This document shows positions 30,519 to 41,900 of a DNA stretch of 64,000 nucleotides, piece after piece. Where the stretch lies: positions 224,001 to 288,000 of the forward strand of contig CAVVUN010000002.1 in the NCBI GenBank assembly GCA_963751455.1, read 5' to 3'. The translations under genes and the position numbers were made by a program. This DNA is from Nitrospirota bacterium (GTDB lineage: Bacteria; Nitrospirota; UBA9217). Every line of letters starts with the position of its first letter. Position 1 is the stretch's first letter. The notes below the pieces were generated by a model that made no database searches, was not told where the DNA came from, and was given only the letters and a program-made list of their open reading frames with translations.

Positions 30519-32053
30519 ACGTAGCATTTGACCCGTGGATACCGGTAGTAAATACAGCGGGAAAGCGAGAACTTGCAAGTCTGTCCGCAGTGCTGACCGG
30601 AGGCGAGAAATTCGTAGATCTGGCTGTGCGTCCTCATGAACGGGTGTCTTTGATGCGGCTCTTTCTCTGTGTCGCTCATGCGGCGCTCGACGGCCCGAAA
30701 AATTACGATGAGTGGTGCGAAGTGCCGAAAAAGCTGCCAGATGCAGTAAGAAAATACCTGGAGAAATGGAATGACGATGAGCATGACGTCTTCGAGTTGT
30801 TTCACAAGGATAAGCCATGGTTGCAGGTGAAGGGATTAAAATCAGTAAAAGAGAATGATGAAAAATCATTTACACCTCTGTCAAAACTGGATTTTTCATT
30901 GGCGAGTGGCTCAAATTCTACTCTGTTCGACCACGAAGGAGTTAATAATGCTGAAAGATCATTTGACCTTTCTCAACTTGTGCTCGGTTTGATTTCGCTT
31001 CAAAACTTTTCAACTTGCGGACTGTTATCCCGTCCACTATGGAATGGTAAGCCTACCCCTGACTCGGCAAAGGATGCGCCTTGCATAACGTCATCAATGT
31101 ATCATGTTTTTCTTATCGGCAAGAATATGCTGGATACGATTTGTATAAATATTTGCGACTTAACCGAGTTGTCGTTGCTTTTGAAGAGTTCGCATCAAAA
31201 TGGAGATTGGCTGGGTCGTCCTGTTTGGGAAAAGATGCCGGAGAATGATGCTGAAGCGCTGACTACTGGAACCTTCCTGGGGCGATTGACACCATTATCG
31301 AGAGCAATCCGTTTATTCGAAGGAAGTTCTAAAATGCTTTACGGCGAAGCTTTGAGATACAACGTCTATCCGGATTTCCCGCAAGAATTCAATACATCTG
31401 TCGCAATAAGGCATTCTAAGAAAAAGGAAGAAAGGTATTTGGTCGGGGCAAGGTTGGGCATTCAGCCATGGCGTCAATTGGACGCGATTCTTCAATATAA
31501 TCTGTCAGGAAAGACTGCCTCGCATGCAATAAATCTGAATCATTTGGATGGCGAGCCTATCGATATTTGGGTAGGCGCATTGGTAAGAAATCCGGGTAAG
31601 CAGGATATTCTCGACTCAGTTGAATCCAGATTCCACATTTCTAAACAATTTCGATCACCGGAAGGCTGCTCAATATATGCGGCCGAAGTACAAAAGGCAC
31701 AGGCCATATTGAAGTTGCTTGAAGTGGCAGTCTATGTGTATCGCATCAACCTTGACCCGAGAAACGAAACTGGCATTGGCTCAAATGCGATCAATATCTA
31801 CTGGACCACTGTAGAGAAGAATCTGCCGCTCCTGCTGAACCATATTGAAGCCATCGGCACACTTGACGCTGAACCCTCATGCAAGGTATGGCGGAAACTG
31901 CTTTACAACGCGGCACGCGAAGCATACCGTATTGCCTGCGGGCAGGAGACGCCAAGGCAGATACGTGCCTTTGCAAAAGGATGGGAGAAGTTAACGACAA
32001 AAAAAGACGAACCTGAATCTGATACCAATGAAACGAAGGAGGTAATTGCATGA
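30515..32053 (+). CDS. cas8e: type I-E large subunit Cas8e (Cse1/CasA)
   Basis: DPWIPV N-terminus, FELF...PWLQ, TLFDH; position after cas3. Confidence 0.9.
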   Translation: MNVAFDPWIPVVNTAGKRELASLSAVLTGGEKFVDLAVRPHERVSLMRLFLCVAHAALDGPKNYDEWCEVPKKLPDAVRKYLEKWNDDEHDVFELFHKDKPWLQVKGLKSVKENDEKSFTPLSKLDFSLASGSNSTLFDHEGVNNAERSFDLSQLVLGLISLQNFSTCGLLSRPLWNGKPTPDSAKDAPCITSSMYHVFLIGKNMLDTICINICDLTELSLLLKSSHQNGDWLGRPVWEKMPENDAEALTTGTFLGRLTPLSRAIRLFEGSSKMLYGEALRYNVYPDFPQEFNTSVAIRHSKKKEERYLVGARLGIQPWRQLDAILQYNLSGKTASHAINLNHLDGEPIDIWVGALVRNPGKQDILDSVESRFHISKQFRSPEGCSIYAAEVQKAQAILKLLEVAVYVYRINLDPRNETGIGSNAINIYWTTVEKNLPLLLNHIEAIGTLDAEPSCKVWRKLLYNAAREAYRIACGQETPRQIRAFAKGWEKLTTKKDEPESDTNETKEVIA

Positions 32054-32550
32054 GCAGGTATCTCGATGAACTCCGCAAGTGCAAAGCAAGAGATGATCGG
32101 GGGATGATGGCCAACCTTCGATGCATACTTGTGGAGAACAAAAAACACCGCGCATGGCCGGCATTGAATCGCTTGGGAGTGCCTATCAAAGATGAGGTTC
32201 AGTCCTTTATTGCGGGACTTTATGCGACACATCCTGAAGAGACATCAGTAGGAAACTTTGGAACGACCTGTAAAATAATCCAGCGTGAACGTGGTGAAAC
32301 GGAGAACAAAGATAACAAGCTCACACCGACCGAGCGACGATTCCAGCATGTACTGGCCGCTGAAAAAGACGAAGTATGCTCTCGTGTGTTACGCATGGTA
32401 CGCATGGCGAAAGCACTGAATGCGAATGTACGCATCAACTATGCTCAGTTGGCGTCCGATCTAAAGGGCTGGGATGACGACATAAAAACGGAATGGGCAG
32501 CTGCGTTTTGGACGCCAGGTGTCGCCCCGGCTACTGAGGAGGACGTATGA
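32050..32550 (+). CDS. cas11: type I-E small subunit Cas11 (Cse2/CasB)
   Basis: MANLR, IAGLYA, ERRFQHVL, INYAQL, WAAAFW. Confidence 0.9.
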   Translation: MSRYLDELRKCKARDDRGMMANLRCILVENKKHRAWPALNRLGVPIKDEVQSFIAGLYATHPEETSVGNFGTTCKIIQRERGETENKDNKLTPTERRFQHVLAAEKDEVCSRVLRMVRMAKALNANVRINYAQLASDLKGWDDDIKTEWAAAFWTPGVAPATEEDV

Positions 32551-33245
32551 GCTGGCTTGCACGTTTGGAAGTTGATGCGGAGACTATTCGTGCTGAAGGA
32601 ATTTCAGATGATATCTACGTCTGGCACAAGCGGCTGTGGCAGTGTTATCCCGATGCGCCGGATAAAACCCGTGTTGATATCGGTTTTCTGACGAGGATCG
32701 ACCAGCTTGAAGGAGCATACCGGTTTTGGGTGATGGCAAAGCAAAAACCTGAACGACCGCAATGGTGTCCACCTGATGGCTTTGCAGTCAATGAAATTTC
32801 TCCATCATTTCTCTCTCATCGATATTATGCATTTGATTTGCGGGCAAACCCCGTCAAAGCAGTCGTACAAAAAGATGCCAACGGAGCACCCTTGTTGCGA
32901 TCCAATGGAAAATGGGAACGTGGCAAGCGGGTACCGCTGGTAAAGCAGGATGAACTGAAAGCATGGATTATCCACAGAGGAGAAGTGCGATGTCGTGATC
33001 AAGACACTGGGCAAGCCGTGCCTGGAGGCTTTAGAATTGTTGAAGATAAGCCTCTCGAAATCAGTCCGATGGTTGAAAGTCATTTTCGCAAGAAAGAACA
33101 GGCAGCATACCACGGAGGTGTCCAGTTTCGCGGTGTATTGGAGGTAACCGACGCCGCTCGTTTTTCAGACACTTATTTTGCCGGAATAGGTGGCGCAAAA
33201 GGCTTTGGCTTCGGCCTGTTACTGCTTGCGCCAATCAAACTTTAA
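32547..33245 (+). CDS. cas6e: Cas6e (Cse3/CasE)
   Basis: WHKRLW, FDLRANP, GIGGAKGFGFGLL loop. Confidence 0.93.
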   Translation: MSWLARLEVDAETIRAEGISDDIYVWHKRLWQCYPDAPDKTRVDIGFLTRIDQLEGAYRFWVMAKQKPERPQWCPPDGFAVNEISPSFLSHRYYAFDLRANPVKAVVQKDANGAPLLRSNGKWERGKRVPLVKQDELKAWIIHRGEVRCRDQDTGQAVPGGFRIVEDKPLEISPMVESHFRKKEQAAYHGGVQFRGVLEVTDAARFSDTYFAGIGGAKGFGFGLLLLAPIKL

Positions 33246-33275
33246 CCTTAACCAAATTATAAAGGAGAAAAGACC

Positions 33276-34499
33276 ATGAAACATCTTGAGCTGCATATTA
33301 TTCAATCAGTCCCGGTTGCCTGTCTCAATCGCGATGACAACAATTCACCCAAGACTGCGATGTTTGGTGGTATTCAACGCGCGCGTGTATCGAGTCAATC
33401 GTGGAAGCGCGCGATTCGAGAGCTGGCAAAAGAGATTGCTGTGGAAGAAAAATCAAATTTGTTCAGTGGTGACCGCACTCGCCGGATGGTATATACATTA
33501 CAAAAGCGCCTTATCGAAAGAGGAATTCTAAAAAATGCCGCCATTACAATTGCAGAACAGGTTGCGGATATTGTTGAAACGTTGGATTCAAAGGTAGATT
33601 CTGAAGGTTTCAAAAAAATAAAAACAGTCATGTTTTTTTCAAAATCGGAATATGACGCAATTGCGGATGCGATTGCTAAATCCGATGACATAAGGAATTC
33701 GATGGCGTCGTTGGATAAGGCCATAACCGAAGGAAATGATAAAGATCGAGAGAAGGCACTGAAAGCAATGGGGAAGATTCTTGAGAAAGGTGCTCTAGCA
33801 AAAGCTATCAAGTCCGCTCAATTAAAAGACGCAGCGGATATTGCTCTCTTTGGCAGAATGGTTGCCAATGACCCTTCGTTGAAGGTCGATGGCGCTTCGA
33901 TGTTTGCGCATATTCTCTCTACACACAAAGCAGATAATGAGATTGATTTCTTTGCTGCCGTTGATGATCTGAATAAGGATGAGTCAGGCGCGGGTATAAC
34001 CAGCACGCTTGAATATAATTCTGCCACATACTATCGGTTCGCCGCGCTTAATCTTAATGATTTGGCAAATGATGACCACTTGGGAGATATAGATGAAAAT
34101 GGAAAAGCTGTGCGTTCTGTGGAAACGCGAAAGCAAGTTGTTAAGACATTTTTGAGGGCGACTATCCAGGCTATTCCCAGCGCACGTAAAACGACCATGA
34201 ACGGCAATACACTACCTGTTTATGTGCTCGGCGTCGTACGGGAGAAAGGCCATCCCATTCAGTTGGTCAACGCATTCGAGAGTCCGGTGCGTCCTTCAAT
34301 GCAAGGCTTCGCCGTTGAGTCGGTGAATCGAATGAATGTCGAATATTCCGATATTAAAAATACATGGGGTATTGACGCTGTATTTGCAAAAGCGGTAGTG
34401 AAGAGCAGCTTCAAAGAACAAATAAAGGAAAGCCTCGGTTCCATAGAAACGTGCTCGCAAGATGACCTCATTGAGGGGATGGTGAAACATGTCATCTGA
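33276..34499 (+). CDS. cas7: Cas7e (Cse4/CasC)
   Basis: LNRDD...PK, RARVSSQSWKRAIR, DIALFGRM, DFFAAVDD. Confidence 0.96.
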   Translation: MKHLELHIIQSVPVACLNRDDNNSPKTAMFGGIQRARVSSQSWKRAIRELAKEIAVEEKSNLFSGDRTRRMVYTLQKRLIERGILKNAAITIAEQVADIVETLDSKVDSEGFKKIKTVMFFSKSEYDAIADAIAKSDDIRNSMASLDKAITEGNDKDREKALKAMGKILEKGALAKAIKSAQLKDAADIALFGRMVANDPSLKVDGASMFAHILSTHKADNEIDFFAAVDDLNKDESGAGITSTLEYNSATYYRFAALNLNDLANDDHLGDIDENGKAVRSVETRKQVVKTFLRATIQAIPSARKTTMNGNTLPVYVLGVVREKGHPIQLVNAFESPVRPSMQGFAVESVNRMNVEYSDIKNTWGIDAVFAKAVVKSSFKEQIKESLGSIETCSQDDLIEGMVKHVI

Positions 34500-35259
34500 T
34501 AAACGCTATCTGGCACTTCGACTGGATGGCCCTCTTCAATCCTGGGGCTTCGACAGTCAGTACAGCCGTCGCAATACAGGACTGATGCCGACAAAGAGCG
34601 GCATCGCCGGAATGTGCTGCGCCGCACTCGGGCGGTCACGTGGAAGCGACGAGGAACGGAAATTTCTTACTGCGTTCGGAGCTGTGCGTATGACAGCGAT
34701 TGCCATTCCCCGAAAGGGGATAAAAAAAGATCTGCCTGTTCGCAGGTTGCAAGACTATCATACTGTAGGCGGTGGTTACAATCCTAATGTCCCTGCTGAG
34801 CGTGGACATATAACCGTGTCTGCGGATGATGGGAAACCGAGAGCAAAGAACGGGCAGTCCCTTGCAGTTCTTACCCATCGGCAATATCTTACGGACGCTT
34901 GCTTTGGTGTTCTCCTCGAAGGAGAATCGGTTCTGTTGGGTGGAATCGTCGCTGCACTTGCCGATCCGAAATGGGGTATTTGGTTTGGACGCAAGACCTG
35001 CATTCCATCAGCCCCGTTGCTTGTCGGCTTGAAAGAGAACCGAGACAATCTACTGCGGCTCCTGAAAGAAAATCGAGACGACGCCTTGCGCCTCCTCATT
35101 GGCGAAAAACCTATCGATTCATTCACTTGGCAGGAAGAGGTTGATAGCTTCGGTGAGGGAAGCGACTCCCTTCCGGATGCGCCGGTTTCGTTTGCTACGG
35201 AGCGGAGATTGCACACACCACGAAGAGTGCGAACACATCATGGGACAGGGCGGATTTGA
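34489..35259 (+). CDS. cas5: Cas5e (CasD)
   Basis: LRLDGPLQSWG, PTKSGIAG, DYHT, RQYLTDA, GRKTC. Confidence 0.95.
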   Translation: MSSDKRYLALRLDGPLQSWGFDSQYSRRNTGLMPTKSGIAGMCCAALGRSRGSDEERKFLTAFGAVRMTAIAIPRKGIKKDLPVRRLQDYHTVGGGYNPNVPAERGHITVSADDGKPRAKNGQSLAVLTHRQYLTDACFGVLLEGESVLLGGIVAALADPKWGIWFGRKTCIPSAPLLVGLKENRDNLLRLLKENRDDALRLLIGEKPIDSFTWQEEVDSFGEGSDSLPDAPVSFATERRLHTPRRVRTHHGTGRI

Positions 35260-35356
35260 AGCTGCAAAGGTTATGCATCGGTCCGGCCAAAGGCTTCGGC
35301 TGCGAGATCATGCTGGTGGGTCTGATGGAACGGGGCTAATAGGGGCGATCGTGGAA

Positions 35357-35570
35357 TGGGGAGAAAGCATCGCTGTTTTCAATGGAAAGGAAATATGGAG
35401 AACGCTGTACAGCAATGAGAGATACTTTTTGGTTGTTGAAGTGTGCTGCGCACTTCGGAAAGCGCAGATGCCGACGCATCTTGGAGGAAGTTAAAGCAAA
35501 TGCTCGCTGAAGAGGGAAGTGAGGTCGTGACATTTTGTCACGGACTGATGTTGCCTGCAAACGCCGGTAT
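35357..35570 (+). pseudogene. BRO-N-like gene fragment
   Basis: SIAVFNGKEIWRTLY...VVEV then, after a frameshift, WRKLKQMLAEEGSEVVTFCHGL. Confidence 0.6.
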
Positions 35571-35625
35571 CGCAAATAAAGCTAAAGCGATAAAGACTGA
35601 ACAAGGTGTGAGATAATTAAAAAGC

Positions 35626-35713
35626 TGTCATTGCGAGCGAAGCGAAGCAATCTCGCAGTTTATAGCCGTTTGAAAAATAGAGATTGCTTCGTCGCTATGC
35701 TCCTCGCAATGAC
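35626..35713. repeat. REP-like doublet GTCATTGCGAGCGAAGCGAAGCAATCTC...GAGATTGCTTCGTCGCTATGCTCCTCGCAATGAC
   Basis: Long inverted arms. Confidence 0.8.
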
Positions 35714-35777
35714 GGCATTAGCGGCTTGTATGAATTAATTCACAGCTTCTGACTTGCCATTTACACTGCCGGAGAAT

Positions 35778-36136
35778 ATGACCATGAAGAAAAAGAACGA
35801 ACCTGTTCCATTAAAAAACGAGTTAATCCTCTACCAAACTGAGGACGGGAAAATCAGAATAGAGGTCCGGCTGCAGGATGAAACCGTCTGGCTGACTCAG
35901 AAACTAATGGCCGAGTTGTTCCAGACATCCGTCCCCAATATCAATATCCATATCAATAACATCTTTAAAGAAGGGGAACTGTTGGCGGATTCAGTTATTA
36001 AGGAATACTTAACAACTGCCGCGGACAATAAAAAATACCAGACAAAATTCTACAATCTTGATGTGATTATTTCCGTCGGTTACCGGGTGAAATCCCATCG
36101 CGGCACGCAGTTCCGCATTTGGGCTACCCAGAGGCT
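35778..36136 (+). pseudogene. RhuM-like protein, N-terminal fragment
   Basis: ILYQTEDG, ETVWLTQKLMAELF, YNLDVIISVGYRV, QFRIWATQRL, then homology ends. Confidence 0.8.
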
Positions 36137-36300
36137 GGGGGTGCGTACAATTTGTACCTATCCTTGGCATGGTAAGTTGTCGACAAAGTGGCGACAACTC
36201 TTTGCAATGCGTCGAAACGTTTGTGGCGGCATCAGTTGTCCGCAAAAAATAGGACAACTGAAGTGTATATCAAATACATGCCGACAAGGGAGCATTCGTA

Positions 36301-36750
36301 ATGCCGCAAAAACTTGTTCACTACGCCGAACTGCTTGGCCAGATCAAGCAGCGGATCAGCAGGGGCAGACCCGGGCAGTTCTTTCCGCCAACGCTGAAAT
36401 GATCCTGACGTACTGGGATATTGGGCGGATGATTCTGGAAAGACAGGAACGAGAAGGATGGGGCGCCTCTGTTATTCCACGATTGGCCCAAGATCTTCGC
36501 AACGAATTGCCTGAGGTGAAAGGATTTTCCGAGCGGAATATCGGGTATATGATCCGGTTCGCAAGAGAATATGGCGCCTCGCCAATTTTGCAACGGGCCG
36601 TTGCAAAATTACAGCCGACGGAAAATAAGAAGATATAAAAGTGCCACAGCCAGTGGCAAAATATCCGGTGACGGCGTCCAGTCAATTGTGCAACAGCTTG
36701 TTGCAAAAATCCCCTGGGGGCACAACATCCTGTTTATGGAAAAAGTTCGT
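36301..36750 (+). pseudogene. YhcG/DUF1016 N-terminal fragment, frameshifted
   Basis: AVLSANAEMILTYWDIG, WGASVIPRLAQDL, GFSERN, KIPWGHNI spread over frames. Confidence 0.8.
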
Positions 36751-36895
36751 AATAGGTGGTCTCGGACTCCATGGCGACGTCGAAGGAAGCAGGCTTGGTC
36801 TTGTCCCAGAGTTCCGACAGATCATGGGTGTCCCAGAATTCTCCGAGCTGGCGGTAGAAGCCGGATTTTGATATGGAACTTTTAAGTTTCGGCAT
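36734..36895 (-). pseudogene. truncated CopG/BrnA-like antitoxin
   Basis: Hand translation MPKLKSSISK...GEFWDTHDLSELWDKTKP; no C-terminal DNA-binding part. Confidence 0.55.
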
Positions 36896-36907
36896 AGCGT
36901 TCAGAGT

Positions 36908-37300
36908 TTACGCAGTTTTATGGCGTTTCACCCCGGGTATGTCATCGAAATGCCTGTCGAGAGTGAAAACGGAAAGATTGTGCTCAATGGCGACAGTCGC
37001 AATGGCAATATCGGAAAGCGGCAAGGTAATGCCTTTTCGCCGCAAAGAACAGGACAGCCTGCCGGCTTTGGTCCAGACGGCTGCTGTTACTTCGACTACT
37101 GGAATGCCTTCCAGAAGCGCGACGACGTACACTTCTTCTTTTTCGGTTCTTGCGCCCTGGAGCAGTTCCGCCATGATTATGCCGGCAGTGCGTATTCGTT
37201 TCGAACTGATGAGCTCTGTAACTGCCGCGGCATTCGGTGCCTTGTCCTTTAGAAAATCGATCAGAACCGACGTATCAACGATCACGCCATCTCTTGTCAT
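36908..37300 (-). CDS. vapC: VapC PIN-domain toxin
   Basis: IVDTSVLID, AELLQG, DIAIA, TLDRHF. Confidence 0.92.
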   Translation of the reverse strand: MTRDGVIVDTSVLIDFLKDKAPNAAAVTELISSKRIRTAGIIMAELLQGARTEKEEVYVVALLEGIPVVEVTAAVWTKAGRLSCSLRRKGITLPLSDIAIATVAIEHNLSVFTLDRHFDDIPGVKRHKTA

Positions 37301-37511
37301 TTTCTTCCTGCTCCTTTATCTCGAGTTCATCAAGTTCCTTTGTGACGTCCTCAATCTTGATTTTTCCTCTCAAGTCGAGGATTTGCCGGAGTTTTTTTTC
37401 TCTGACGAACTCCTCCATGGCGTTCACTATCGCTTTGGTTTTGGACTTCTCTCCCGAAAGTTTTTGAACCTCGGAGATAAGATCATCAGGTATGTTTAGT
37501 GTTGCACGCAT
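37275..37511 (-). CDS. vapB: VapB antitoxin
   Basis: MRATLNIPDDLI...KTKAIVNAMEE; AGGAGG RBS; TTGACT-17-TATAAT promoter upstream. Confidence 0.88.
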   Translation of the reverse strand: MRATLNIPDDLISEVQKLSGEKSKTKAIVNAMEEFVREKKLRQILDLRGKIKIEDVTKELDELEIKEQEENDKRWRDR

Positions 37512-37688
37512 ATAATGCACCTCCTGTATATGCACTTATTATATGCATCTATAACGTGAAAGTCAAGTATCAGTATTGTTGAAACGGATTGTTTTTACGG
37601 CTTACACGGCTGACCTGTTAATTCAGTTTCAGCTTGAACGGTTGCTGCAGCTTAAATGGTTTAAACGGTTATTCTTGGAGGTGTTGCC

Positions 37689-38878
<1,190 letters not shown>

Positions 38879-38986
38879 AATTAGTGAGTAAGTGAGTATT
38901 GCAAGAGACACTTTTAAACGATTGTTTTATTCGGTAGATTTATGGCCCCTGAAATTGTTCCATGATTTCGGGGAAGTAGAGGAAGT
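38879..38986 (+). promoter_or_regulatory. CRISPR leader
   Basis: AT-rich segment between cas2 and first repeat; array degenerates at the opposite end. Confidence 0.8.
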
Positions 38987-41900
38987 ATGTTCCCCGCGTG
39001 TGCGGGGATGAACCGATGACGGCCATGATGACCGACGCGGAGTCCGGATGTTCCCCGTGTGTGCGGGGATGAACCGGAGATTACCTGGCACATGCTGAAC
39101 AACTGGACATGTTCCCCGTGTGTGCGGGGATGAACCGGCACTTTTTCTCTGTGCCCTCTGTGATCTCTGTATGTTCCCCGTGTGTGCGGGGATGAACCGA
39201 CCGAGATGAACAGCGAGATCTCGATCGCACAATGTTCCCCGTGTGTGCGGGGATGAACCGTTGATGCAAAACCTTCGGGGTCGGAATGCGAGATGTTCCC
39301 CGTGTGTGCGGGGATGAACCGCGTGCCGTCTGCGTTCACGCGGATATAGTGATATGTTCCCCGTGTGTGCGGGGATGAACCGAGTCGATGACCGTTCCCT
39401 CCTGGGGCCGCGAGATGTTCCCCGTGTGTGCGGGGATGAACCGATTACAGCGGCAGTTAGCCGCGAATTTACGCGATGTTCCCCGTGTGTGCGGGGATGA
39501 ACCGGCCCGAATCAGTGAGGCTGTGTGTGTGGTGCAATGTTCCCCGTGTGTGCGGGGATGAACCGCTGATGGAAGACCCGAAGAATATCGGGGACTGATG
39601 TTCCCCGTGTGTGCGGGGATGAACCGCAGCTGAAACCATGCGTCCGAAATTGTCTTCGATGTTCCCCGTGTGTGCGGGGATGAACCGGTCGCACGAAATT
39701 TAGATGAGGCGCTGGAGCAATGTTCCCCGTGTGTGCGGGGATGAACCGGAGAAAACGATATGACGCCGGAGCAGGTTGCGATGTTCCCCGTGTGTGCGGG
39801 GATGAACCGCACTTCGAGGAAGACGCTGCAGAGGCGCTTTCATGTTCCCCGTGTGTGCGGGGATGAACCGACGATGACAGTGAGTGTCCGTTCTAAGGGG
39901 TGATGTTCCCCGCGTGTGCGGGGATGAACCGGCGATCTGGCAAAGACCGTGGCGGACCTGCAGATGTTCCCCGTGTGTGCGGGGATGAACCGCTTCTTTG
40001 AAAAGCTGCGGACGTTTGAAGAAAATGTTCCCCGTGTGTGCGGGGATGAACCGGTCCGCTCCTAATATTCGGCAGGGTTGACCGCATGTTCCCCGTGTGT
40101 GCGGGGATGAACCGATGCCCGTCCTTTTCTTCGATCTCCTCAGCGAATGTTCCCCGTGTGTGCGGGGATGAACCGCTGAACACCATCGATTCGGAACTTG
40201 CGCGCATATGTTCCCCGTGTGTGCGGGGATGAACCGCGCTCAAAACCGCCTCCCTCCCGCCCACCCGTATGTTCCCCGTGTGTGCGGGGATGAACCGCTG
40301 CTTTTTGCTCAGCTCGGCGTTTTCCTTGAATGTTCCCCGTGTGTGCGGGGATGAACCGCTGAACGCGATAGTGACGAGAGGGACTGGGCCATGTTCCCCG
40401 TGTGTGCGGGGATGAACCGGTCCTGCCAGGTCGCGCCGTAATCCGTGCTGCATGTTCCCCGTGTGTGCGGGGATGAACCGGTGGGACGGCGCAGCGCTCA
40501 CGCTCCGAGGAAATGTTCCCCGTGTGTGCGGGGATGAACCGATTTCCTTTGCGTCCTTTGCGTGTATAACCGGATGTTCCCCGTGTGTGCGGGGATGAAC
40601 CGGCCGGCCGCGGCCGAGGCCGAGATCGGCAGGAATGTTCCCCGTGTGTGCGGGGATGAACCGACCGTCGAGGAGCCTTCCATCGCCGCCATCAAATGTT
40701 CCCCGTGTGTGCGGGGATGAACCGCCGCTTCCGTAAAGCGCGAAGCGCTATGCCGCATGTTCCCCGTGTGTGCGGGGATGAACCGAAGCGCCCTGGCCGA
40801 TCCCGCCGCTGATCGATATGTTCCCCGTGTGTGCGGGGATGAACCGGTCCTCTCCTCCCTCCTGAAGGTGCAGGTCGAATGTTCCCCGTGTGTGCGGGGA
40901 TGAACCGTACAAGCACCTGGAGAGCCCGCCCGTGTTCAAATGTTCCCCGTGTGTGCGGGGATGAACCGCGCAGGTCAGGAAAATCATCGGATGACGCCGA
41001 ATGTTCCCCGTGTGTGCGGGGATGAACCGTTTGTCTACGAGGCGCTGCACGAGGACCCGAAATGTTCCCCGTGTGTGCGGGGATGAACCGACTTCGACGA
41101 CTTCCTGTTCGATCTGCTCATATGTTCCCCGTGTGTGCGGGGATGAACCGGCTGTAAAGAATGCGCCGGTTGTCACCTCTAAATGTTCCCCGTGTGTGCG
41201 GGGATGAACCGGTGGATCCGGCATAGAGCACCCAGGCCGCGGGATGTTCCCCGTGTGTGCGGGGATGAACCGTCGCAGGTATCACCGGTCCCGAGGGCGA
41301 TCACATGTTCCCCGTGTGTGCGGGGATGAACCGACGATCGAGCTTGCGATGGACTCCGAGATCCTATGTTCCCCGTGTGTGCGGGGATGAACCGTGGGCT
41401 AACAGGAGGCAATTATCATGGCGACATGTTCCCCGTGTGTGCGGGGATGAACCGCCCTGAGTCGGAGCTGCAGGGGCCGGATCGATATGTTCCCCGTGTG
41501 TGCGGGGATGAACCGACCAGTGGAGCGCTGGGCCTTTTGGATCGCGAATGTTCCCCGTGTGTGCGGGGATGAACCGAGGAGCCTATGGCAATCAACCCGG
41601 AAGTGATGATGTTCCCCGTGTGTGCGGGGATGAACCGAGTCCCACGTCGATCATTGTGCCGGTTGTTATATGTTCCCCGTGTGTGCGGGGATGAACCGAT
41701 CCAGGAGCTGCTCGGGAACGCCTACGCGAAATGTTCCCCGTGTGTGCGGGGATGAACCGTTATTCTCCGCCGTTGCAGCCGCTGCCAGGGTATGTTCCCC
41801 GTGTGTGCGGGGATGAACCGGCGGATGAGTTCATGCGGGCGTTCTCGCTCCTATGTTCCCCGTGTGTGCGGGGATGAACCGTAGAACATCTCTTTCATTC

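Noticed and set aside
35754-36638. 294-aa ORF as a real RhuM-YhcG fusion
   Set aside because: The middle is non-homologous palindrome-rich sequence and YhcG has its own out-of-frame ATG at 36301; chance read-through of debris.
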